Under the pieces are notes generated by a model, which saw only the letters and a list, made by a program, of their open reading frames with translations, had not been told where the DNA came from and made no database searches. Shown in pieces: positions 11,640-23,211 of a stretch of 64,000 bases of DNA (positions are counted from its first letter, which is position 1; each line of letters opens with the position of its first letter). The position numbers and the translations under genes were made by a program. Source of the stretch: Amoebophrya sp. A120 (lineage: Eukaryota; Protista; Dinoflagellata); NCBI GenBank assembly GCA_905178155.1, contig CAJINV010000007.1, forward strand, positions 3,552,265 to 3,616,264, written 5' to 3'.

Positions 11640-14600
11640 ATGCCGTCCGCGTCGAGCAGTAGCAGCTCCGCGGGGGGAGCTGCGGGGAGCAAAAACGGCA
11701 AAAGGGAAAATAAGGGTCCTGGGGCAGCAGGTGCTCCTGGTGCCTCTTCCAGCTCGGCCTCGGCGTCCTCATCAACGGCGAATAACAATAAAAATGCAGC
11801 ACCAGCAGCGGCAGCCCCTCCCGCGAGCAAGAAGGCCATGCTTCCCCCATCGTTCAAGCCGGTCAAAACGGAGAAGAAGGAGGAGGTGCTTGCGGTCACG
11901 AATAAACGTGGGCGGATAATTATGGAAGAAAAAAAACTGTGCAAGTCGAAGTGTAATAATCTGTAAAAATGTAAAGCAGGCAGCACAGTTATTCTATACA
12001 CTTGTCATGCTTGTGGCCATTCGTCGTGAGGTCTTAACTTATTGCATTATTAATATTTCTAAGAGCGAGGTAACAAATGACCCGTTAACTCGCACCCGCG
12101 AGTTAGCCGTCCGCCCGGCCGGCCGGGCGGTTAACTCGCGGTTAGAAATGTAGACAAATCGAAAGGTAGCACAAATTTGAATCGAAGTGCTCGCCAATCC
12201 TAATTTGTCTACACTTCTAACCGCGAGTTAACCGTCCGGCCGGCCGGGCGGACGGCTAACTCGCGGGTGCGAGTTAACGGGTCACTTGTTACCTCGCTCT
12301 AAATGTGTTCTTTATATCATGTCTTTTTCCCGTACGTAGTAAGTACCAGCTGTGCATGACATGATGCTTTCTGTGTCAACATTCTGAACAGATTTGCAGC
12401 CTCCCATGCTACACTGACACAGATTTTTTCTGGGATAACCATCGAAGTGAACGAGAAGCACGAGGGTGAAACCGTTGTGATGTCTGGGAAGCGAAGCGCT
12501 GTCGTGACGCAGGATACTCAGCAGGGCGAGCCGTTGACGAAGGGCACGGGGCTGCTGGGCAACTCTTCGCGGCCCGGGGAAGAAACCGACGCGGACGGGA
12601 AAAAGAAGCGAAAGCCGAAGGACGCGCTGAAGGCCCTAAGGATGGCCCACGAAAGAAGAAGGAAGAAGTTTATCCTATCCTAATGTGCATCAAAAGTGTA
12701 GATCGTGTTCTTACTTGTAATAGTTCTTCCATACATTTTTATAAAGAAGATGCAGATGATGTGGTCTATGCTGCATCTCTCTGATTTCCCACCTAGTGCC
12801 TGATTTGGCACGTACAAAGTCCATATGATCGCACACTGCATGCAATCGTTACTATTCTAGTTGCACAGCAATCAGAACGCTTTTGCAATGCATACATCCC
12901 GGACAGTGATGACAGCGACATCGACGATGAGAATTATCGCAGGAAAAAGCGCTTCACTTCAAGATTGTGATGCAGAGGATGGAGCAGAGAAAGGAGTGCT
13001 TGTCTTCTTGATGATCTTGCTAGAAACCAACGTAACTAAGACATTGCATTTGTTTGATCGTGGAAGCGCGCATGGCACCAGTTTTTCTCTGTCATGCGGG
13101 ATAGACTTGCCTGCATGGCATGCACATCATCCTGCAAAGTAGGCAACAACAACATCACGTGAAGTAAAAGCTCTCTTTTCGTTCTATAAGAACGCCCCGG
13201 TATTTGACGCCGCGCACTCCGCACTGCTCACCCCGGTCAAGGATGTGGCAAAAACGTGGCAAGTCGACATCCAGAAAGAGCTCAGCGGGTACGATTTTAT
13301 TTTTCTTTGTGGGAGCTGTGCATGAAAATGTTTGAACATGCTTCGGCTTTTCTCTGTTCGGAACATGCAGTCTTGTACGTAGTGGTCGCATCGAGAAAAT
13401 AGATAAATTCTTCAAAAGGGACACTTTATTCATTGTTTCTTGATAGCCCTAGCTCTTCGGAAAGCGACAGGCGCTTCTACGTCTGCAGGAGCAGCTGCAG
13501 CAGATACATATTTTATATTCAAGATAACTACTACTGCAACTGAAACTGATACTGAAGGTACTTTCACCTACTGCGCAAGCTGAAGTTTGGCGGTAAAGAA
13601 TTCAACATGAATTTTGCAGAAGCCGCTCTTCTTGTGCAAAACTTAAGCAAACAAAGAAAATAAAAGAAATGAAACGCGGCGCGTCGTCAACGTTGCAACG
13701 GCTAGTCGCACTGCTTTTGCTTCATATTTTTTTTTTTTTAATGTAGTACTTGGCGTCATGACCGACAGTCAACTCCGACAGCCTCCATAAGAGCTTGAAT
13801 GAATGTGGAACGCTTGCACCATGATGAAGTTCTTGCGCAGAAGACGCTTGAACAAGAGAGGGCTGCATGCCAAGCCCTTGCGCCATTGTCACGTTGAGTA
13901 GACTCACTCTCTATTGAGTTCTTGTGCGTGCCTCTTCTAGGGTTAGGGTATTTATAGTACCACGAAAAGTATGTTGCTTTACCGACGGCGACGATCTCCG
14001 CCCAGCGTCAGACGGCGCGCGGCCGGCGCGTATTTTCTGTATTTTCGTTTCATACAAAACCACCTCCCTGTACCTCAAGAAGATGGACCAGCTGCACGTA
14101 TCCAATGTAAAAACGTCCCCACCCCATAGTCAAGATGGGAAATCGGCTAGACAAGTGCGCAGGTTTTGGCTGTTTTGCATGACAAATCTGGGCTCGGAGT
14201 GCAGTGCTGTTTGACGTAGTTCAGCAGCATCACAGATCTCGTATAACATGCCGACTGGCGCATTACAAATTCCAAAACACGACTAGAGAATGCTTCTCAT
14301 GGGGCTCCGCATGGCAAACATTTTGAGCATGCAGATTTGCATGACAGCTCTGGGATGGGGACGCTTTTGCACAGGATAGCACGAGAAAGTGATGAAGCAA
14401 CTGGAACTGCTTTGGTCGAAGGGTGACGCGGAAAAGAAAAAGAAGAAATCGCGGTACCGCAAAGCCTAACCAATGCAAAAGACGTGTCGTAGTCGTACTA
14501 ACTGAAGAATGAATAGCATGCATGATGAGAAATCGTGTTCCTTTTTTTAGCCAGATCAGTATGACAAATTCTTGGTTGAGAAAATTTGTCATGCAATTTG

Positions 14601-17600
14601 TATGTACTAGTGCCTGCGATATAAGTTTTGCAATGCATAAGGCCCAAGCGCTGAGCGACAGCTTTCAGTGCGAGTTCCTTTGTGACATCACACCCTTATG
14701 AGAGTGCACCTTCCCGCCCCTTCGACCCTAGAGAAATGCTCATGCAAAATACAAAATCTATATTCAGTTTGCGCCATTCATTCTCATCTTTCATGACAAG
14801 CGCACGGCTCCAGTTGTCCCACTGCGTCTATTTCTATTCGGCGCATGAACTTGTTACGCACGGTCTCCACGTTGCTTGCTGGTGTTTACTGTATTGCTTT
14901 TGCTTGATGTCAAGTCTCAGTCATACAACAAATGAGCGGGCGATGGAGTCAGTTGTGCGCTCTCATATCGTTTCGTAAAAACCACGGTGCGGGTAACATA
15001 CGCATTTGAAAAAAATGATGATTTTATATCGTACAACTGGCACAAGGGATACGTATACGAATGCGAGGAACTTCATTTTCGAACTGGAAAAACAGAAGTA
15101 TGCTGGTGCTGACGAGGCAGTTTTTTGATTTTGTTTTAAGTAGTAATTTTTGTATAATTTTCATCATGCAGCAGCACCGCAAGCATAATAAGTACGTAGG
15201 TGTAGTACTACTACTATTGCCAATGCCATTGCGATATATTAAAAAAAGACTTTTGGAAGTGATACGAACCTGACGGACGAGGAGCTTGAGGCGCAGGCAA
15301 TAAAAGAAACGGTTCTGCGGCGAGTCCCACTCTGGCTCATGCCCCGCGAGGAGGGGGATCGAAAGCGAAAGGAGTTTAAGGTTAGTGGGGAATTCGAATT
15401 ATTACGACACAAGCAGATCGTCATCATTCATCAATTATGTTCTACGATGTGAATTATGGCACCGAAAGCAGGAGATGAGCAGATCGAAATCTTCACTTTT
15501 TACATGACGGACCTGGGGGCAGAAGCTGTTGCAGAAGGTCACGTGACAGCATTGGATTAACATCATTTTCATGTGTACTTAAGTACTACTTCACGTTCAC
15601 TTTACAACTTGAACTCTATCAGATTCAAGGGTGCACCGTGCACCGTGGCGGAACGTACCTTCTTCTGGAGCAGGACTTGAGGCATTGTGACCTGGAGGGT
15701 GATGACATGGAGATTGACATTTACCCCCAGAATATCCAACAAAAAAACTGTTTCACTGTGATGATCTTGCAAGATCTGCATCACAAGTTTGTAACACATG
15801 ACACAGAAAATTTTCCATGCGCGCTTTCCCAGGGAAGACACGGTAGAAGAACCAACATGAACATCTTGCAGGTGTAGCAAGACATCAAATCGTTCTGTGC
15901 TCCAACATTCTCTGCCTCACAAGTTCACGACAGCGAAACAGCTTTTTCTTGCGATGCAAAACATGCCGCCGCCACCAGACCACCTGCAAAACGTGCGCGA
16001 CCAGATGGAACTCGAGCAACAGCTGGATGAGAGGTATGAACTTGACTTAGCTCATCTGAATGAGACAGTTCTGCATATTACTGAAATTGTACTCGTCACA
16101 TTTGGAAGATTTGCGATTTAGTTTTCAACTGGTGAGGACACATCGTCCCCACCACTGAAAATATTCAAACGAAAATTTTTGTCGTCCTTGTGCAACTACG
16201 CGACCACCAAAATTTGTAAATTTGTACGTGGTCCAAAACCAAGACACAAACATTTTCGACACAACCAGCGGTGTGGGTTTCGACGACTTTGATGTGAACG
16301 TTTCCGGCACACCTCCGATGCAGGAAAACAAGAGCAAAATCGACCCCCTGTCGGGCGCAAAGACGCCGGGCGGGAAGACGCCTGCGAAAACTCCCGGTGC
16401 GCAAACACCCGGCGACAAGCTGAACCAATCCGGTTTCGGTGGGACACAGGGTTTCGACGGCGGCGGCGGAGCCGGACCGAGCCAAGGCGGCGCGGCAGGC
16501 GGTGGGATAGGAGGAGGGCTACCCGGTGGCGTAGCGCCGGGCATGGCGGGAGGCGCGGGGCAGGGTATTGTTGAGAATAAAATTGGTTCCTGCTGCCCGA
16601 CGACCATGCGATAGAGTTTCATGCATTGCTGCGTCGCGCTATTCGTTTGCGGTTTTTTACATCGGTGATTTTGTTTTTCTGATTCTATTACGATACGTAA
16701 GTACCAAACTATTTCTGCAGCTACGTAGTTATTTGTTGTACTAGTAGTACCACGTAGTACCTTCTTTTGCGCGACTTGATGTCTTCATCACCAGGTGGGT
16801 CTGCTGTGTGCTCTTGTTGTCACGAGGAAGTGGAACCCAGGAGGGGTTTGCAACCTCCAGGGGTTCTGCTTGCCTGTGCAAACCGATCACGCGCAGCACT
16901 TCTACGAGAAGTAAGTAGATGAAGCTGCAAGAAGCCTTCTTGGCAAAGTAGAGTAAGCAACCCCTATCGTCCCATATCATGATTTTATCGCAGGTGCATT
17001 TCCAAGCCAGTCACAGGGCATGAATATGCAGCCGGGGCAGACGCAGCTGCCGCCATTCTTCGTCCCGCCACGAGAGCGCCCGGAGGACATGAGTACGTCG
17101 ACGTACTGGCACTTCATGGACCCCTATGCGGGGGTTCCGGGGGGCGAGTCCCACACCCAGTACCTCGACGGCTCGAATTCCCACTGGAAAGACCTGCCAA
17201 CGGATTACATCCTCTGTCCGGACCCGATGCGGGCGCACATATGCATTGCAAAAATATCGTTATCGCACTCGTCTAAATAATTGCAACTACAGCACGTCTC
17301 GTGCATGATTTTTACAGGTTAGTTTTCTTGGCTGAATCTGCACTACAAATTTCATTTTTGTTCTGGTGAAAATTTGTAAGGCCATTGATATTTAGTGCGA
17401 TGAAAATTTGAATTTTGCACTGCATAGCACTTGAAAATTAACAACCGCCTGGAAGAAGCGGATCGGTGGGAAAACATCTTTGACCTGGACGTCCTGATGA
17501 ATCGCGAAGACCGACCAGCTATGCAGTGCAAATATGCCGCGGTCCGGATTTGCATTTGTCATGCGGGGTTTGAAGGACAGAGACAACATGAATAAGTGGG

Positions 17601-20600
17601 GGCACTTTGTAATGCTGAACACGAACAAAAAAAATCACGACAAGCAGATGAGGAAGCCGTGTCATGCTTCTATGCCGTGTAAGAGCACGACTTTTCGGCA
17701 TACTAAAAGGATTATCACCACAACTTTTTCTTTTCTGCAACATCTTTCCAGACCGAGACATATTTGCATTTGATGACGGACGTATTTCTGGAGGAGGAAT
17801 CGTTGGAGGCCAACGAGCAGAAACCCCCCGAATACAAGCACGAAGACGACCCGGGGGCCATCGTGATTGATTACGACGTATGCATTGATGCAATAAATAG
17901 GTCTTGGTCTCCTCGAAAATTGAAGAACATTCTTTCATACTTGTGATGCGAATCTTGAAGTCGTTTGACAACTGGGAAAAATCTGGCTTCCATGGTCATG
18001 CACTACTGGTTGTACTTAAGTACCACAGTAGAGTAGTAGTGGGGGTTTTATTGTCTCGAACGACCACAGAAGGGGACGCTTCTCATGCAAACTAGGTATG
18101 GAGCTGCCTCCGCAATAATTTGCCACGGAGGAAATAAAATTACAGACCTTCTTACAAATGCAAAGACTTTTATTGCTGGAGGACCACAACAAGTGTAGTT
18201 TTTGCTCTCTTCAACATCCAGTCTGAGACCACTCCATGTTTTCATTTCATACAAAGCCCTGGAGAAGGCCCGCGACGAATGCGACTTGAAAGCCGTCGAG
18301 ATGCTGAATTTGGCCTATGCCACGAACTCGGTGGACATGCTGTTCCAGCAAAACATGAAGGAGAAAGGCGTGATTCCGAAGAAGCGCAACTATTTGAGTC
18401 TCTCCCTCGGCTTCTCCGCCGACTGCGCGGACCTTGAGGACATGTTCGTGGAAGAGCAGAAAAACCGGCGGAAACAGATGAAGGAGGTGCAAAAGGAGAT
18501 GAACATTGGGCCCAGTTTGAACAAGAAAAGCCGACAAATCGTCAACGGCTTGATGATCGACCGGGGGAACGCTCCAGATGACAACTTTTACAAGCCCCTG
18601 AACGAGCAGGACTTCCAAGGCATCGGGACGCTCGAGGAAATGATCAAGATGAACGGGGCTGCGACTGCTCAGCAGGGGTCCTCGACGTTTGGGGGCTTCG
18701 GCGGAGACGGAACCGTGGGTGGAGGGTTCGGTCCTGGTGGCGGTGGTACAGCCGGCGGGGGTTTCGGGTTTCCCGGGGACGATTCTTTTCTTGGCGGGGG
18801 GGACGGCGGAGTAGACATGATGTTCACCCAGGATGGTGGCATGACCCCCGCCCAGCCGTCGCCGTACGTGGATGACATTGTCGGCGAAGACCCGTTTCTC
18901 GACGTGGCGCCCGTCCCGGAGTACCTGGAGCATGAGGACATCGTCGCGCTGGAGGAAATACGCATTGCAAAAGGCTCGCGCAAGTAGTGTATAGCTATAG
19001 TGGAATTCGGATAATTCCAGGAGAAACGAAACGTCTAGATGTGATGGAAGATGTGCATCGTTGAGTTTTATTTGCAGCGCAATTTATTGTATCATCATTG
19101 TTCAATCACTGCCTGAATCACCATGTGAAAGCGGGCAGATTTAGATTTTGCATTTCATTTGGATTTTTTTTTTGCACCATCGCAATTGAGTTCATTGCTG
19201 TTATACGACGAGCGCGACACTTTTTCTCAGGACAGGAAATCGGCCTCACCGAAGAGGAAATGTGGAAGAAGGTGAAAGAAGAAGAGCTGGCGATCGTAAA
19301 GGAAGAGTTCAAGGACTTCGCCGGTGGAAAATTTGAGGGGCAGAACGTGGAGCTGTTGCTCAAGATGAAGGCCCGACTTGACGAGTTAAAGGAGGAGCGG
19401 CTGGAAAAGGAAAGAAAATACCAGAAGGAGCTCGGGGAGTGGATGCGTATTTACTTTCTGATTCGGCCTATAATCTACTTGCAGTACGACCCTTATAATC
19501 ATGCTCATAATTCTTAAGTATAAGAAGACTATCCTTGTTCCGCTCTGATTGCCTATTTGTTTTTACGTCGCGTACTACAGTCTTGGAAATCCATCCTCGA
19601 AGATGCATTCGCCGTTCTGATTTTTGTGGTCTTGCCACTCTTGCCGAAGATGAGACAGAGAAACCAACGAAAAAAAAACTATCAGGTTACGACACGAATA
19701 ACGTATCAAATGTAAAAATGTCTGGGTCTGGAAGAGGAAGGTTGCCAGGTTTGTCATGCATATTTTACATGACTCAGGATGTCTGTAATGCATGATCTGG
19801 CATCACATATTTTTCGAGGCCTTCTTAATGCCTATCCCGCATGACAAATGCCCTCCCCGCGTAGCACAAACTGGGCTCCTATTGCTGGTCATGCAATACA
19901 GATTTTTTTACAGTCCAAAGTTAGCATCAGAAGTTCCAACCTTCCAGACCCAGACATTTTTACACTTGATATAACGGTCTCGATTACCATGCCGTCCATT
20001 GGAACGGTCTTCCAGAATTGTATGAGCGGGTAGAATATCAAATGCAAAAGTGTCTGGGTCTGGAAGAATGCAGATTTTTGTCATGCTGTTTTTGCATGAC
20101 GCAAAATGTCTGTCATGGAAGCCCTAGCATGACAGATTTCGAGAAGCTTCCGCATTGCTTAATCCGCATGACAAATCCCCCATTTTAGGGACAGGAAATG
20201 GGCACCTTTTGCTGCCTATGCATGAGAGATTTGTCTGTGTTGTGAAATGCGCATCACAAGTTCGCATCCTTCCAGACCCAGACACTTTTACATTTGATAT
20301 AGAATCGTGGGAAGATGCGGTTTTATATCAAACGGAAAAAAGCTAGCGCATCTTCACGTATATTTTTGCACAAACATTGGGTTGTGTGTGTGTCACAGAA
20401 ATAAAGTAGACTATTTATTACATAGACCACGCACATATGGTACGAAAGATTTGACATGCTGGCTTTCTTTTACTGGGATATTATACCGATATTAGAGGAG
20501 GACAAAAAAAAGCCCGAGTTCAACTTTGGGGACTACACGGCGATTATGCTAGACGAGTTAGAGCGGCGTAAACGACACGCGCCGGAAAAGAAGGACCACC

Positions 20601-22063
20601 ATTTTGACGAAGTACTAGTTTTTGCTGCTTCATCATCCCATCCGATGGAGATCGAAAATTTATTGCACGCGAATGATGTCAAAGTAAATCTATCTTATTC
20701 CGATATTATCGTTGGAAATCAGTTTGTAGCCGACATCGCAATTTTTTTTTTATTGCACCAGTAGGCTGATCATCAAATGCACACAGTTCATCCGCGGCCA
20801 ACCGCAGTGGGAAGTCGGGCGACAACTCCTTACCTCGCTTGTCCTCTTATGCATCGCAAATGTGTCTGTGTCTGAGTGGTCTGGAAACTACCTGTGATGC
20901 TGAATCAGTGCGGATGACTGCAATACGTCTGATTGCAACCAGCGAGGATGGCAAGCTTTCGCTACACTTTCTATTACTAAGTAAAAATTGCGTAGTAGTA
21001 CGCATTACAATTTGCTTTCTCTTATGACCGAGAAAGCTTCGCTCTACTTGCTGGTCTGGCAACACAGATTTTAATTTTACGCGGAGACATCAAGTAAGTA
21101 GACACGCATGATCAAAAGCGCAACCTTTCCAAACCAAGACACATTTGCCGAGGATACCCCGCGAATCATGGCAACGTGCAGATCAAGCCGGAGACCGAGG
21201 GTGGCGAATTCGTCATGGAATTGATTTCGACCACCACAAACGACGAGGCGATGGCCCACGCGTTTGGCGCAATCACGGAGAAGGAAGCCAAAGCAAAAGC
21301 TGCCTCGGCCGCAGCGGCCGCGAAACCAGGGAAAGCGAAGGCGGGAGGAAAAAACAAGAAAGGAGCTGGTGCCGGGAAGAAAAACAAACAAGCCGAAGAA
21401 GATTTCTTCGACAATGATATGGAGCCCAACGCGGAGGACTATGAATTGCAAAAGTATGATCGTACCCGTACCAAAAAACCTATGCTTGACAGATCTACGC
21501 TCTAACTCTAATAGGACAATCAGCATATACTTCTTGGAAAAAATTGTCATGCGTTTTATACCAGTACGAGGATCGATGCTTTTGCAATGCATAGGGACGA
21601 CGGCGCGGCGAAAGACACGTCTTCAGCCGAGGAACCTCTTTTACAACAACCGGGGAGCACAACATTGAAGGCAGATGCGAAGATGAAAAGTAGCAGCAGC
21701 TCCTCCGCTAACAGTCGAACAAACAACCAAAAAGGCGGCTTCGGTGCGGGAGCTGCATCGAGTAGTAGTAGCAGTAGTGGCAAGAACATGAGTAGCATTT
21801 CTACGAAAGCTGCGAAAGGAGTGAAGCAGGCAGGTGAAAGAAACAAGAAGAAAGACCAGGACATTGTGGACAAATTGGACTTGCACGATCCCGATTTCGA
21901 GGACGGCTTGCTGAATAAGGACGAAGACGACGACCCTGTCATTGACGAGGAGGACGATCTTTTGGCTGACGACAACGTGAAAAAACCGCCCCCCGCGAAG
22001 CGACCGGCGGCCGCGGCGGGAAGCAGCGGCGCACCCGCGGCGAAGATGGCAAAAAAGAAGTAA
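11640..22063 (+). CDS. NCAPH2: Condensin II kleisin subunit CAP-H2, more than 20 exons
   Basis: Reconstructed exons give LLTPVKDVAKTWQVDIQKELSGY, MNFAEAALLVQ, SLYLKKMDQLH, RVPLWLM..RKEFKIQGCTVHRGGTYLLLE, WHFMDPY, ELYERVESWEDAV-PILEE..PEFNFGDY and QPQWEVGRQLLTSLVLANHGNVQI, matching CAP-H2 N-, middle and C-terminal motifs. A few junctions (about 11940, 13643, 14697-15243, 16034) are not resolved exactly. Confidence 0.85.
12063..12299. mobile_element. MITE with about 97-bp TIRs and TAA TSD (PIF/Harbinger-Tourist-like), inside CAP-H2 intron 1
   Basis: Arms 12063-12159 and 12203-12299 are reverse complements with about 3 mismatches; flanked by TAA at 12060-12062 and 12300-12302; ends GAGC..GCTC. 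Confidence 0.85.
12676..12894. mobile_element. Degenerate TIR introner (B-like)
   Basis: Ends CTTTTGCAATGCATA; TSD TATCC/CATCC; removal gives KKFIPDSDDSD. Confidence 0.75.
12935..13188. mobile_element. TIR introner (minor family)
   Basis: TATCGCAGGAAAAAGCGCTTCACTTCA ... TGAAGTAAAAGCTCTCTTTTCGTTCTATA; TSD AGAAT/AGAAC; removal gives DDENAPVFD. Confidence 0.75.
14099..14378. mobile_element. TIR introner, family C
   Basis: TATCCAATGTAAAAACGTCCCCA ... TGGGGACGCTTTTGCACAGGATA; perfect TSD GCACG; removal gives QLHEKVMKQL. Confidence 0.9.
14467..14639. mobile_element. TIR introner, family B (degenerate)
   Basis: TAACCAATGCAAAAG ... GTTTTGCAATGCATA; TSD AAGCC/AGGCC; removal gives YRKAQALSD. Confidence 0.8.
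14697..14967. mobile_element. TIR introner, family D
   Basis: TATGAGAGTGCAC ... GTGCGCTCTCATA; TSD eroded. Confidence 0.7.
15733..15956. mobile_element. Degenerate TIR introner
   Basis: TATCCAACAAAAAAACTGTTTC ... GAAACAGCTTTTTCTTGCGATG; TSD CAGAA/CAAAA; removal gives YPQNMPPPP. Confidence 0.72.
17240..17426. mobile_element. TIR introner, family B
   Basis: TATGCATTGCAAAAAT ... ATTTTGCACTGCATA; TSD GCACA/GCACT; frame restored. Confidence 0.82.
17520..17775. mobile_element. TIR introner, family A (degenerate)
   Basis: TATGCAGTGCAAATATGCCGCGGTCCGGA ... TCCAGACCGAGACATATTTGCATTTGATG; the frame is restored by the 5-nt overlap although the TSD has diverged. Confidence 0.72.
18959..19234. mobile_element. 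Degenerate TIR introner (B-like)
   Basis: Starts TACGCATTGCAAAAGG; perfect TSD GGAAA; removal gives ALEEIGLTEEE. Confidence 0.75.
19704..19971. mobile_element. TIR introner, family A
   Basis: TATCAAATGTAAAAATGTCTGGGTCTGGAAG ... CTTCCAGACCCAGACATTTTTACACTTGATA; perfect TSD TAACG. Confidence 0.93.
20036..20299. mobile_element. TIR introner, family A
   Basis: 31-bp TIRs; perfect TSD TAGAA; removal reconstitutes the CAP-H2 motif ELYERVESWEDAV. Confidence 0.93.
20326..20480. mobile_element. Degenerate TIR introner
   Basis: TATCAAACGGAAAAAAGCTAGC ... GCTGGCTTTCTTTTACTGGGATA; TSD TTTTA/TTATA; gives WEDAV(L/I)PILEE. Confidence 0.7.
20848..21156. mobile_element. TIR introner, family A (degenerate)
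   Basis: TATGCATCGCAAATGTGTCT ... AGACACATTTGCCGAGGATA; TSD CCTCT/CCCCG; gives SLVL(A/S)NHGNVQI. Confidence 0.75.
21440..21593. mobile_element. TIR introner, family B
   Basis: TATGAATTGCAAAAGTATGATCGTAC ... GATCGATGCTTTTGCAATGCATA; TSD AGGAC/GGGAC; frame restored. Confidence 0.85.
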
Positions 22064-23211
22064 ATGTGGAAAGAAAATCACTGGTGAAGGAGAAAAGGAA
22101 AATACTGCTGGATTCTTGCGAAGGGCAGTGGGAAGTGATGGATCTAGGAGCAGCTTGATCTTCAAAAGATAGAAGTGATAAAGAACGTCGAGACTGACGA
22201 GATAAATATATCCACCAAAGACGAACTAAATAATCTTCTTTCATTTTACACTTTCTGAGCAGTCGCAGGAGCAGACAAAGCCTTCTGGCTGCGTCAGCAT
22301 CGAACTTGAAGACGTGATTTTCTTGAAGTACACTTAATCGCCGAAATTTACCTGAGTTTAAACTAATCGCAAAGTTGACGAAAAGTATCCATACGAACTA
22401 CCGACAGTTTGAAGATAAGATTTAAAAAAGTTTAGTTCCCGATAGGAATTTCAAATCAAGAAGTATCAACCTCATCGAAGAATATACTCTGTGCAAGCAA
22501 GCGCCTGCATCGCGCAGTGTGTCGCAGAAGTATCGACAGCTTTAGAAATAAAGTGAGTATCGTCCCGATACAGGTGAGAAGTCGCAATGCTTGACTGAAT
22601 CTTCCTGCTGAAAGCACTTTTTCTGTTGAACTTACTTTCTCGATCAGATTCCGGATATATAAAGTGAAAGAGCACACCGAAAATTAATTGCCAGCCTTTG
22701 AGCAGCTGGAGGAAGCGCAAGCGTCTCAGTCGTGACCGGCGCAGGAGCTGTTAGTCTTCTATCGATCGCATTGCGTCATTGGAGATGCAGTTGCACACCA
22801 GCCGCTGTCGAGCGATTTTGCTGCTGTAGCGGACTTTTCGTTTGGTTTCCGGCATATTGAGAGAACTGCGATGGGTTGGAACTACACACCTGCTGAATGA
22901 CGCTACGTCAAAAAATGCCAATATGGAGATCGTCTGGTTATTGCTTCCGACCTTGGATGAAAATGGATTTGGTTGTTCTTATGACAAACCGACTATGAAA
23001 ACTCGAGCCCCGGGCTCGGCCTCCACGACCAGAAACAACCGATATTCAAACTTCTCTGGTGGAGGGACGAGAAGCAGTAGCAGCCTGTCGTATAATTCAT
23101 CCTCGAGGACGCGACGTTTTTCTTTTTTCTTGAGAATACAGACTTCCCAAAATGTGCGCCAAACGGAATTGCTCTTCGCACGCGACATCTGGTCCTCCCT
23201 GTGCCACCCTC

